From Myxococcota bacterium (GTDB lineage: Bacteria; Myxococcota; Kuafuiibacteriia; Kuafuiibacteriales; Kuafuiibacteriaceae), in NCBI GenBank assembly GCA_039819565.1, contig JBCBRU010000001.1, forward strand, positions 4,098 to 68,097: DNA of 64,000 nt, in the 5' to 3' direction. The translations under genes and the position numbers were made by a program. Below, piece after piece: positions 1 to 8,786 of the stretch (within the stretch, counting starts at the first letter, position 1; the number at the start of each line of letters is the position of its first letter). The notes below the pieces were generated by a model, which saw only the letters and a program-made list of their open reading frames with translations, made no database searches and was not told the DNA's origin.

Positions 1-1
1 C

Positions 2-409
2 CCCGTGCTTCGTTCGGGCCGCGCTGAAGGGCCCCTTTTCGGGGGAAACCTCGCCGTCCTCGCCTCGCTCCTCGGCACGCCCGCCTTCTCGGTGCCGAAG
101 GGCGCGATCCTGCTTCTGGAGGATGTCGGCGAAGTCACTTACCGCCTCGATCGACTGTTCACGCAGCTTCTCTCCGCGGGGGTGTTCGAAGACATCGCGG
201 GAGTCGCGCTGGGAGACTTCATAGATTGCCGCCCGGCTCGACCCGATCACCCCACCGCCCTCGAGGTGGCTCGAGAGCGGCTCGTCCCCCTGGGGGTTCC
301 GATCAGGGCCGGTTTCCCTGTCGGCCACGGGACCCGAAACCAGCCTGTCGTGCTCGGACGAGCGTACCGTCTCGACGCCGAGGCCGGTCGGTTGGAGCCT
401 TTGGAATGA
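2..409 (+). CDS. LD-carboxypeptidase (peptidase S66, LdcA/MccF-like), C-terminal part; N-terminus lies outside the window
   Basis: GGNLAVLASLLGTPAFSVPKGAILLLEDVGEVTYRLDRLFTQLLSAGVFEDIAGVALGDF...GFPVGHG reads like the conserved C-terminal half of S66 LD-carboxypeptidases. The frame is open to the window edge. The stop overlaps the next start (ATGA at 406-409). Confidence 0.75.
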   Translation, partial: PVLRSGRAEGPLFGGNLAVLASLLGTPAFSVPKGAILLLEDVGEVTYRLDRLFTQLLSAGVFEDIAGVALGDFIDCRPARPDHPTALEVARERLVPLGVPIRAGFPVGHGTRNQPVVLGRAYRLDAEAGRLEPLE

Positions 410-1452
410 GCCCTTCGACGGTGCTGGAAGAGGCGGTTCGGCAAGGAGCCTTTCCGGGAGGTCAGCTTGCCGTTTCCCTCGAAGGCCGAAGGGTTGCCAA
501 TTTCGCTTTCGGAAGCCTCACCCCGAACGGGCCCCGCTCATCTCCCTCGGCCTTCTACGATCTCGCTTCCCTGACCAAGCCTCTAGCCACCTCCGTACTG
601 ATCGGTCGTGAAGTGGGACGAGAAAGAATGTGCTTCGCAGCCCCTCTCTCCGAGTATCTGCCTAAGGTCCGGATCGACGCTCCGCTTGCGCAGATTCTGG
701 ATCACTCGGCGGGCTTTCCGGCCCATGTCCGATTTGACGAACGCTTGCCGCCGGGGACCGCCCCCGCTTCTTGGTCGGCTTTTCACCATATCGTCGACGA
801 CGTCTCGCAGACCCCACCGGAGTCGCCCCCGGGGGAAAGAGCGCTTTACTCTGACCTTGGGTTCATCCTCCTCGGTGCGGCCCTCGAAAAGCACGGCCGC
901 GCGCCCCTCTCTCATCTTTTCGCCCAACTCAACACGCCCCTCTTTTATCGCGACCGGCGCGGCGCCCCCGCCCCCGAGCCCATCCCCCAGAACCTGCCCT
1001 TCGCCCCTACGGAGGGTGGCCTCGAGGGCGAGGTCCACGATGACAACGCGCGCGCGATGGGAGGCGCGGCGGGCCACGCCGGCCTCTTCGGCACGGCCTC
1101 GGGCGTGATCGAGGTCTGTGAGTCGCTGCTGCGGGCTTGGCACGGCGCCGAGGGAGAGCTTCTGAGGCCCGAGGTGGCCCGAGAGATGTGGAAGGCCAGC
1201 CCGGTGCCGGAGTCTACGAGAACGATGGGCTGGGACCGGCCTTCTCCTGGGGGATCGAGCGCAGGCGGCAGCTGGCCCGCGGACGGAGTGGGTCATCTCG
1301 GCTTTACCGGAACCTCGGTGTGGATCGATCCGGAGCGTGCCTTCGTGGTGGCCCTCGTGACCAATCGGGTCTGCCCCACCCGAGATAACGACGCCATCAG
1401 AAGGGTCAGACCGGCTCTTCATGATGCTGCCCGCGCCGCCTGGATCCGATGA
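406..1452 (+). CDS. serine hydrolase of the beta-lactamase/transpeptidase-like family
   Basis: ATG 406 was chosen inside ORF 226..1452 because of the ATGA overlap with the upstream stop and because the upstream 60 aa are R/P-rich junk. SxxK motif in DLASLTKPLATSVL; also YSDLGFILLG and HLGFTGTSVWIDP boxes. Confidence 0.8.
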   Translation: MSPSTVLEEAVRQGAFPGGQLAVSLEGRRVANFAFGSLTPNGPRSSPSAFYDLASLTKPLATSVLIGREVGRERMCFAAPLSEYLPKVRIDAPLAQILDHSAGFPAHVRFDERLPPGTAPASWSAFHHIVDDVSQTPPESPPGERALYSDLGFILLGAALEKHGRAPLSHLFAQLNTPLFYRDRRGAPAPEPIPQNLPFAPTEGGLEGEVHDDNARAMGGAAGHAGLFGTASGVIEVCESLLRAWHGAEGELLRPEVAREMWKASPVPESTRTMGWDRPSPGGSSAGGSWPADGVGHLGFTGTSVWIDPERAFVVALVTNRVCPTRDNDAIRRVRPALHDAARAAWIR

Positions 1453-2831
1453 GAACCACCCAGCGCCCCGACGAAACAACCTACGAAGCTGTCGCGGCGG
1501 ACGGGACGCGGTTGAGAGCTCGACTCATCCCTCGGCCCGCGCCTTCACCAGACCGCCTTCTCGGGCACGTCCAGCCCGGGGACCGTCCCTTCGCTCTCGT
1601 CTCGGGACGAGGGGACCCGAGCCTCACACGGTGGAGCTACGGAGCTCTCGAAGCCTGCAGCCCGCACCTCGACTTCATCACCGCCTTCGACGCGACGCGC
1701 GGCCACTTGGGGGTTCGGTCGCTTCCCGATGACTGGCCGCCCTTTACAGGGGGAGCGGTAGGCTACCTCAGCTATGACGAAGGGTGGCGCTGGGCAGCCC
1801 GACCACGGCCTCCCCGACCCCAACCCTTGGGGCTCCCGCCCGAGCGTTTTCATCGCTACGACGCCCTCTATGCCCGCAACGAGCGGACGGGCAGCGGACT
1901 CGTCATTTGGGAAGCGCGGCCGGATGCGGCCCGTCGCGCCCGGCGTATCGAGCAAGCGCTCCTTCGACCCGAGCGGCGCCTCCGCGGTCAGCTCGTAGGC
2001 GGCGCCTCAAAGCTGCATCCTCGCGTCGATCGGGCCAGCCACGAGGCCCGGATTTCTTCCGCGCTGCGGCTCATCGCGGAGGGTGAGATCTATCAGGTGA
2101 ACCTGACCTATGCCCTCGAGGGGCGCTTTCGTGGGCATCCCGGGGCGGCGCTTCAGCGCCTGGTTCAGGACGGCGCCCCGCCGTTCTCGGCCTATCTCGG
2201 CGTCGACGACGAGGCCCACGTCGTATCGGCATCGCCGGAGTGTTTTCTCGAGCTGAACGCCGATGGACGTCTGCGCACCTTTCCCATCAAAGGGACGCAC
2301 CGGAGAGCCCCGGCCCCGGATCGCGATGTCGCCCTCGCTGCCGCCCTGCGGGCCGACCCCAAGGAGCGCGCCGAACATTTGATGATCGTCGACCTGCTCA
2401 GGAACGACCTCGGTCGCGTCGCGCGTCCCGGCACGGTGGAGGTCCCCAGCCTCGCCTACGTCGAGTCCTTCCCGACCGTCCATCATCTCACCACAACCAT
2501 CGAGGCGGACCTCGATCCTATGCGCACCGGGGCCGAGGTTTTGGCCGCGACCTTCCCGGGTGGATCCATCACCGGGGCCCCAAAACAAGCGGCAATGGAG
2601 GTGATCGACGCGCTCGAGGACGAGGCTCGGGGTCTCTATACCGGAGCCCTGGCGTGGATCGACCGCGGTGGAGCTCTTCGCGCTAGCATCGCCATTCGAA
2701 CCGCCGAGGTGCACCAGGGCGCCCTTCGTTTCGGGGTCGGGGGAGGGATCGTGGCCGACTCGGTGCCGGCTCGAGAGTGGGAAGAGACCCGCCTCAAGGC
2801 GCAGGCGCTCGCGGGGGCCTTGGCCGGCTGA
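1449..2831 (+). CDS. pabB: chorismate-utilising enzyme, aminodeoxychorismate synthase component I-like (PabB/TrpE family)
   Basis: Family motifs FPIKGT, ERAEHLMIVDLLRNDLGRV, FPGGSITGAPKQAAMEVIDALE and GLYTGALAWID. ATGA overlap with the upstream gene. PabB versus TrpE cannot be settled without a search. Confidence 0.7.
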   Translation: MRTTQRPDETTYEAVAADGTRLRARLIPRPAPSPDRLLGHVQPGDRPFALVSGRGDPSLTRWSYGALEACSPHLDFITAFDATRGHLGVRSLPDDWPPFTGGAVGYLSYDEGWRWAARPRPPRPQPLGLPPERFHRYDALYARNERTGSGLVIWEARPDAARRARRIEQALLRPERRLRGQLVGGASKLHPRVDRASHEARISSALRLIAEGEIYQVNLTYALEGRFRGHPGAALQRLVQDGAPPFSAYLGVDDEAHVVSASPECFLELNADGRLRTFPIKGTHRRAPAPDRDVALAAALRADPKERAEHLMIVDLLRNDLGRVARPGTVEVPSLAYVESFPTVHHLTTTIEADLDPMRTGAEVLAATFPGGSITGAPKQAAMEVIDALEDEARGLYTGALAWIDRGGALRASIAIRTAEVHQGALRFGVGGGIVADSVPAREWEETRLKAQALAGALAG

Positions 2832-3738
2832 ACCAGCCGAGGATCGCTCGCCACATTCGGCCCAGGAAGGTTTTGGCCGGGCCGAAGGGGCCCCGCGGAG
2901 CGGGACTCGGAATCGGTACGAGCTTGAATTGCCGAGTCTCGGCCGTCTCAGCCTCGGTCTGCCCCCAAAACGACTCGAGATGACGCGCCGTCCGCTCCGG
3001 GGCTTCGACCATGGGCGCGTGCCCGATGTCCGGCCAGACCGAGAGCTCTCCATTGGGGAAGACTTCGGCCATCCGGCGCGCCGCCGCCCGGGGGACGAGG
3101 GTATCCTGCTCACCCCACACCACCGAGACCGGATGACGAAGCTGAGCAACACGGTCCTCGTGGGCCACCTCCGCGAGCGCCTCGAAGTAGGTCAGGGTGG
3201 TGTCCGTGGACTGCTGAGAGGCCACCGACACCAGCTGCTGAAAGAACCCTCCGTCGACCGCTCGGCTCGGAATCTGCCGGCGGAGGGAGCTGGCCAGCTG
3301 GCGACGATGGGCGCCGATCCATCGGGCACCATCCAGTCCGGCCCGTAAGAAGCGACGGCTTTTGGGGTCCTTGGGGTCGAAGCGACGCAGAACCTCGGCC
3401 ATTTCACCGTCCCCTTCCGCCATTTCGGCGGTGCCGTCCAAGGGCGCAGGCCCAAACAGCGCCAGATCGATCACCCGCTCCGGGCGCAGATCGAGGAGAT
3501 GGATCGCGACCGCAGCGCCCAGGCTGTGGGCCACCAGATGAAACCGGGCTCCGTCGAGTCGAGGATCCACGGCGGCGATCACTCGGTGCGCGATCTCTTC
3601 CAGATCGTTGGAGGCCGGCAAGGCCCCGCTCCGGCCACAGCCCGGGAGATCTACGGCGAGCAGATGCCGCCCCACCCCGGATTCGAACAGAGGCTGCCAC
3701 CATAGCGAGGACGCGAAGTTTCCGTGGATCAGCACCAC
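2794..3738 (-). CDS. alpha/beta-fold hydrolase
   Basis: MVLIHGNFASSLWW N-terminus (HG oxyanion region), nucleophile elbow HLVAHSLGAAVA, C-terminal DIGHAPMVE (catalytic His region). The 3' end overlaps the convergent pabB by 38 nt. Confidence 0.8.
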   Translation of the reverse strand: MVLIHGNFASSLWWQPLFESGVGRHLLAVDLPGCGRSGALPASNDLEEIAHRVIAAVDPRLDGARFHLVAHSLGAAVAIHLLDLRPERVIDLALFGPAPLDGTAEMAEGDGEMAEVLRRFDPKDPKSRRFLRAGLDGARWIGAHRRQLASSLRRQIPSRAVDGGFFQQLVSVASQQSTDTTLTYFEALAEVAHEDRVAQLRHPVSVVWGEQDTLVPRAAARRMAEVFPNGELSVWPDIGHAPMVEAPERTARHLESFWGQTEAETAETRQFKLVPIPSPAPRGPFGPAKTFLGRMWRAILGWFSRPRPPRAPAP

Positions 3739-3861
3739 GGGGCGTCCGCCTCCGGGGCGCTCACGGACGTGCAGCTGCGCTTCGATGGGCGGGTGATGAC
3801 ATGCTGCGTCGCAAAAGAAAACGGGCAGCAGGAGGGGGAAGCGGAGAAGACGCCAACGGCC

Positions 3862-4746
3862 TCAGATCGCGCCGGAGAAGGTGTTGCAGCTTGCTGGGTT
3901 CCCGGTCTCGAAGCCGCGACGGAACCACCGCATACGCTGGGCGGAGGTTCCGTGGCTGAAGCTCTCGGGACGGACCGTGCGTCCGGCGTTCTTTTGCAGG
4001 GTATCGTCACCGATCGCAGCCGCCGCGTTCATCGCCTCCTCGAGGTCGCCCGCTTCCAGCAGCCCTTTTTGGCGAGTGCCGTGCGCCCAGACGCCCGCAA
4101 AGCAGTCCGCTTGCAGCTCGAGCCGCACACTCAGCCCCTGAGCGCCCTTTTGCTGAGACTTGGGGGCGCGATGCACCTTCGAGCTCGTGCCCTGGAGGTT
4201 TTGCACGTGGTGCCCGATCTCATGGGCAATCACGTAGGCGCGTGCGAAATCCCCCGGAGCCCCGAGTCGGGCGGAGAGGGTCTGAAAAAAGGAGAGGTCG
4301 ATGTAGGCGCGCTGATCCGCGGGGCAGTAAAAAGGGCCCGTGGCGGCAGCCCCGAGGCCACATCCGCCCGTCGACGTTTGGCCGGAAAACAGGACCAGCT
4401 TCGCTCGCTTATAGCGCCCCGGGCCCGGGTACTTCCGCTCCCAGAGGGCCTGAACGTCGTCCAGTACGAAGGCTACGAAGCTCCGCTGCGGGTCTGTTCC
4501 CGGAGGGGGAGCATTTCGGCCCGTGCTCGATGAAGCGGGTGCGACCGAGCCCAGGCCCCCCACGGCCTGCAGCGCGTAGTAGCCGAGAAAGAGCACGACC
4601 ACTCCGCCCATTCCGAAACGTGAAGCCACGAGGTTGAGAAGGAGATTGAACCCCACGCCGCCTCCACGTCCGCCTCCGCCTCCGCGATAGGTCTCCCCTC
4701 GCCGGTCGATGACGTCCGGGCTCTCGTGCTGATCGTCGTAGCGCAC
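3862..4746 (-). CDS. ypfJ: YpfJ-family neutral zinc metallopeptidase (membrane-anchored)
   Basis: VRYDDQHESPDVIDRRGE N-terminus typical of YpfJ, one TM segment, GPFYCPADQRAYIDLSFF and zinc motif HEIGHHVQ. GTG at 4746 is preferred; the ORF stays open to 4845. Confidence 0.8.
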   Translation of the reverse strand: MRYDDQHESPDVIDRRGETYRGGGGGRGGGVGFNLLLNLVASRFGMGGVVVLFLGYYALQAVGGLGSVAPASSSTGRNAPPPGTDPQRSFVAFVLDDVQALWERKYPGPGRYKRAKLVLFSGQTSTGGCGLGAAATGPFYCPADQRAYIDLSFFQTLSARLGAPGDFARAYVIAHEIGHHVQNLQGTSSKVHRAPKSQQKGAQGLSVRLELQADCFAGVWAHGTRQKGLLEAGDLEEAMNAAAAIGDDTLQKNAGRTVRPESFSHGTSAQRMRWFRRGFETGNPASCNTFSGAI

Positions 4747-4879
4747 GGCCCCATGCTGACGGGGTTCTGGGCCCGGGTAAACGGCCGGTCGGCTTCGAGC
4801 GTTCCAACCGAGCACGGAAGAAGGTGCTCGGCCTTCTCCGTTCAAGCCTCAGCGTTCGAAATTCGGTAGATTCCGAAGC

Positions 4880-6502
4880 ATGTGTCGGCGGCTAGGACTC
4901 CTTGCGGCCCTCGGGGTTTGCCTGACCCAAGGACGGCCCGCGGAAGCCTCCGGCGCCACGGATCGGGATCCCCGACCCGACCCGACGGTGGTCGTCTTTC
5001 CCCTCAAGGTCGAGGGAGCGCTGTCCGACCTGGGCTTCGCACTGAGCCTACGGGTCCTTGGGGTTCTCCGAGCCGCCGGCGGTACCAACCTCGTGCACCC
5101 CAAGATGCTGGCTCGGGTCGCCGCGAAGTACGAGCCCCACGTGGCGAAGCTGCCCCCCACGCAGGCGAGAGCCCGCCTCGGTGGAGTCCTGGGGGCCGAT
5201 CTGGTTCTCCACGGGCGGCTCGACGAGCGACGAGATCAGCTCGTTTTGAGCCTCGCCGAGGTGCCGTCAGGAGACGTTGTCGCGACCCATGAATTCCGGC
5301 CACGGAAGCTTCGGAACGTCCTCGAGGGGCTCCCCGGGGCCGTCATGGCCACCTTCCGAAAAGCGGGATATCTCACCGAGGTTCCCACCCCCGACCTTAT
5401 AGAGGTCGCCCCTTCAACCCGGTACCGACAGGCCATGCTGGATCACGCCGCCTGCCATCGCGGGCTCATTCAGCAGCCGCTCGGCATCTCCCGACCGATC
5501 GTCGTCGACGAGTCGGCGGTCCGCCTGGCCATGGACTTTTGCCAAGAGGCTCTTCGGAGAGATCCTGGCTTCGAGAGCGCTCGCGCCGACCTCGCCCTCG
5601 CCCATGCTTTTCTGGGCGAGCAGCGACAGGCAGAGCGCATGCTCATTTCGCTGCGTGACTCGCGAAGCGTACTTCCGATGTATTGGCTGGCCCGCTTTTG
5701 GGTCCTGAGCCGGTTCTATGACCCTGACCTTGGCGTCGAGAACCTTCGTGAGGCCATCCGGACGCACCCCGGCTTCATGCTGGGTCGAGGCTATCTCGGA
5801 GAGGCCCTCCTCGCCCTCGGGCGGAGCGAGGAGGCGATCGAGGTATTCCAAGACTATCTCGATCGGTGCCCTCGACAGAGCTACGTCATGGCCCAGATCG
5901 GAGCTGCGGCCAGCCGGGACGGGAGCCCCCAGCTCGGGATCGAATGGACGGAGCGCGCCCTGCGGGTCACGCCGGACGATCCGGAGCTTCTGGCCCGGTT
6001 GGGTTCCCGGTGGATGGACGCCGGCCGCCCTCAGGCCGCGGTGGAGATTCTCGCCCGCGTCATCGAACGGGGCGGCGCTCGTGGCGGCATGCATTTAGCC
6101 CTGGGTAGGGCCCACATGGCCCTCGGTCATCGGACGGCTTCGGTCCGTCAGATCCGTCAGGCGATCGCCAAAAGTCCGGGGCCTTCCGGCTGGCGGACGC
6201 GCGGCGAGGCCCGGTATGCGCTCGCCGAGATGTGGACCGGCGAGGGTTCGCCAGAGAACGCCATCCGCCAGCTGCGCCAGGCTCTGCTCGAGGGCTACCT
6301 CGACGTGGGTGCGATCCAGTCGGACACCCTCGCGCCGCTGCGCAGCCATCGAGACTATCGGCGGCTTCGGCGGACGGAGCCGAGGCCCGGCGCCGCGCCC
6401 CGCTACGTGTCACCGCTGGGTCGGGTGACGACGTCGGCCCGCCTAAAGCTCCGCACGCGCTTTGAGGTGTATAGCGATCGCCGCGTGCTCAACCGTCTCT
6501 GA
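4880..6502 (+). CDS. secreted TPR-repeat protein with N-terminal TolB_N/LpoB-like domain
   Basis: Signal peptide MCRRLGLLAALGVCLTQGRPAEA. The N-terminal VVVFPLKVEG...DLVLHGRL pattern is followed by multiple TPR-like helical repeats (ALAHAFLGEQRQAERM, LGEALLALGRSEEAIEVF, etc.). Confidence 0.7.
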   Translation: MCRRLGLLAALGVCLTQGRPAEASGATDRDPRPDPTVVVFPLKVEGALSDLGFALSLRVLGVLRAAGGTNLVHPKMLARVAAKYEPHVAKLPPTQARARLGGVLGADLVLHGRLDERRDQLVLSLAEVPSGDVVATHEFRPRKLRNVLEGLPGAVMATFRKAGYLTEVPTPDLIEVAPSTRYRQAMLDHAACHRGLIQQPLGISRPIVVDESAVRLAMDFCQEALRRDPGFESARADLALAHAFLGEQRQAERMLISLRDSRSVLPMYWLARFWVLSRFYDPDLGVENLREAIRTHPGFMLGRGYLGEALLALGRSEEAIEVFQDYLDRCPRQSYVMAQIGAAASRDGSPQLGIEWTERALRVTPDDPELLARLGSRWMDAGRPQAAVEILARVIERGGARGGMHLALGRAHMALGHRTASVRQIRQAIAKSPGPSGWRTRGEARYALAEMWTGEGSPENAIRQLRQALLEGYLDVGAIQSDTLAPLRSHRDYRRLRRTEPRPGAAPRYVSPLGRVTTSARLKLRTRFEVYSDRRVLNRL

Positions 6503-6515
6503 CGGCGCCTCCCCC

Positions 6516-7547
6516 TTAGAGGAGGGGTCCTTGCGCGGGGGGCGGCTTTCGCCCCAGGTGGGCGTACGCACGACCCGTAGCCATTCGGCCGCGGGGCGTA
6601 CGTTTGAGATACCCCTCTTTGATGAGGAAGGGCTCGTAGACATCTTCCACCGTATGCGCTTCTTCGCCCACCGCAGCCGCGAGGGTGTCGAGACCGACGG
6701 GACCTCCGTCGAAGCGATCGACCAGAGTGTGCATGAGGCGGCGGTCCATCTCGTCGAAGCCGGCCTCATCCACCCCAAGGGCGCGTAGCCCCTCTCCAGC
6801 GATGGCGCGCGTGATGCGGCCGTCTCCAAGGACCTCAGCGAAGTCGCGTAGCCGCCGCAGAAGCCGGTTGGCGATGCGGGGAGTGCCGCGGGCACGCTTG
6901 GCGATCTCTGCGGCCCCGGCCGCTTCCAGCTCCGCCCCTAGTCGCTCCGCGGCCCGTCCCACGATCGTCTCGAGCTCTTCAGGCGAGTAGAAGTCCAGGC
7001 GCGCGACATATCCGAAACGGTCTCGGAGGGGACTCGAAAGGAGGCCGCTCCGCGTCGTCGCCCCGACCAGCGTGAACCTCGGCAGAGGCAAGGTCATACT
7101 TCGGGCGTGGGGACCATCCCCGATGACCACGTCGAGGCGGAAGTCTTCCATGGCCGGATAGAGATACTCCTCCACGGCGGTATTGAGCCGGTGAATCTCA
7201 TCGATGAAAAGGAGATCGCCAGGCTCGAGGCTGGTGAGAATGCCGGCGAGATCTCCCTTCTTCTCCAGCGCTGGGCCAGCGGTCACGTGCAGTCGCACCC
7301 CCATCTCCTCGGCTACGATATGGGCCAAAGAGGTCTTTCCCAGCCCTGGTGGGCCTGAGAACAGCAGGTGGTCGATAGGCTCGCCACGTCGCTTGGCGGC
7401 CTCCGTAAACACCTGCAGGTTGGCCTTCACACTGGTTTGACCGACATACTCAGAAAACCCTCGGGGTCGGAGAGCAAGATCGATGGGACCGTCGCCCTCG
7501 AGGGCCATACCGCTCACGGCGCGGCTTCCGTCTTCGCCCTGCGTCAC
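6516..7547 (-). CDS. ruvB: Holliday junction branch migration helicase RuvB
   Basis: [12 protein letters not shown], Walker [16 protein letters not shown], Walker [23 protein letters not shown]. Sits directly downstream of ruvA. Confidence 0.97.
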   Translation of the reverse strand: MTQGEDGSRAVSGMALEGDGPIDLALRPRGFSEYVGQTSVKANLQVFTEAAKRRGEPIDHLLFSGPPGLGKTSLAHIVAEEMGVRLHVTAGPALEKKGDLAGILTSLEPGDLLFIDEIHRLNTAVEEYLYPAMEDFRLDVVIGDGPHARSMTLPLPRFTLVGATTRSGLLSSPLRDRFGYVARLDFYSPEELETIVGRAAERLGAELEAAGAAEIAKRARGTPRIANRLLRRLRDFAEVLGDGRITRAIAGEGLRALGVDEAGFDEMDRRLMHTLVDRFDGGPVGLDTLAAAVGEEAHTVEDVYEPFLIKEGYLKRTPRGRMATGRAYAHLGRKPPPAQGPLL

Positions 7548-7580
7548 CGGTTTCGGGTATCACATCGTCGGGCGAGGGCG

Positions 7581-8201
7581 TCACCCCTTTGGCCGGCACC
7601 AAGCCAAGGCCTCGCGGAGCAGCTCTTCGAGCCCCGCTTTGTCTCCGAGCGCCTTCACGGCGGCCTCAGCAGCCTCCACCGAGACCTGCTCCTTGAAGCC
7701 TAGATTGACAAGCGCGCTCACCACGTCGCTTGCCGCCCCTCCCTTGGGGCGAGCGGCTGCGCCCGCGACCGCGGCGGCGGTCACGGAGCCCGACGCCGAG
7801 GCGGGTCCAAGGGCCGTGATCTTGTCCCCCAAGTCCACGAGCAGGCGTTCCGCCGTCTTCTTCCCCACCCCGGGAAGCTTGGCGAGCTGAGCGGGTTCGC
7901 GGCGCGCGACCATTTCGATCAGCGTCGCGACGGGGGTCTGCAGAATGTTCATGGCCTTGACCGGGCCCACGCCAGGGACGCCGATCAAGAGATCGAAGAG
8001 CTCTTTTTCTTCACGCGTGAGAAAGCCGAAAAGCGTGATCGCGTCGTCTCTCACTGCGGTGTGAACGTAGAGATCGCACGGTTCCCCGATGCGCAGCGGC
8101 GCGTGTAGACTCGCCGTGACCAGATAGCCCACCCCTTGCACGTCGACGACGACCTGCGCCCCGTTTCGCTCGAGCACCTCGCCCCGTAGACGCCCGATCA
8201 C
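7581..8201 (-). CDS. ruvA: Holliday junction DNA-binding protein RuvA
   Basis: MIGRLRGEVLE N-terminus, two helix-hairpin-helix motifs (LIGVPGVGPVKA, LAKLPGVGKKTAERL), C-terminal domain III. Confidence 0.95.
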   Translation of the reverse strand: MIGRLRGEVLERNGAQVVVDVQGVGYLVTASLHAPLRIGEPCDLYVHTAVRDDAITLFGFLTREEKELFDLLIGVPGVGPVKAMNILQTPVATLIEMVARREPAQLAKLPGVGKKTAERLLVDLGDKITALGPASASGSVTAAAVAGAAARPKGGAASDVVSALVNLGFKEQVSVEAAEAAVKALGDKAGLEELLREALAWCRPKG

Positions 8202-8731
8202 CGACGGCCCCTCAGCGAACGACGCCGACCCCGAGGCGGGGCGGGAGGACGAGCCAGCAGGGCGAAGCGCGCGCGCGCCGCTCCGGCAAAAGCGACGGCG
8301 AGGGCGTCGCTCGCATCCTCTTGAGCGGCCTCAGGGAGACCGAGAAGCACCTTCACCATGGCTTGGACTTGCCCCTTGTCCGCACGTCCCTTTCCGGTCA
8401 CGGCCTTCTTAACCTCTGAAGGCGAGATCTCGACCAGGGGGAGCTCCCTCAGTCCGCACGCGAGGAGCGCGACCCCTCGGGCATGTCCAAGCACCAGGGC
8501 GCTCCGAGCGCTCTTGTGGTGGAAGATGGACTCGAGAAACACGGCGTCGGGCGCGTGCCGTTCGAGGAGCGCTTCGAGACCGAGATGAATGTCCCGCAGG
8601 CGGTCCGCGAGGGGGCGACGCTCGCCGACGGCAAGGACGCCACAGTCCACCATTTCGTAACGGGATCCCTCATGGGCGATCACGCCCCAGCCGGTGAAGC
8701 GCGAGCCAGGGTCTATTCCGAAGGCCAACAT
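8198..8731 (-). CDS. ruvC: crossover junction endodeoxyribonuclease RuvC
   Basis: MLAFGIDPGSRFTGWGVI (RNase-H-fold catalytic Asp), GKGRADKGQVQAMV, EDASDALAVA. 4-nt overlap with the ruvA start. Confidence 0.95.
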   Translation of the reverse strand: MLAFGIDPGSRFTGWGVIAHEGSRYEMVDCGVLAVGERRPLADRLRDIHLGLEALLERHAPDAVFLESIFHHKSARSALVLGHARGVALLACGLRELPLVEISPSEVKKAVTGKGRADKGQVQAMVKVLLGLPEAAQEDASDALAVAFAGAARARFALLARPPAPPRGRRRSLRGRR

Positions 8732-8786
8732 GCGGGCTCCGCGGAACCGTAGCGGAGTCCGGTCGCGCTGACGAGCGCTTCATCGA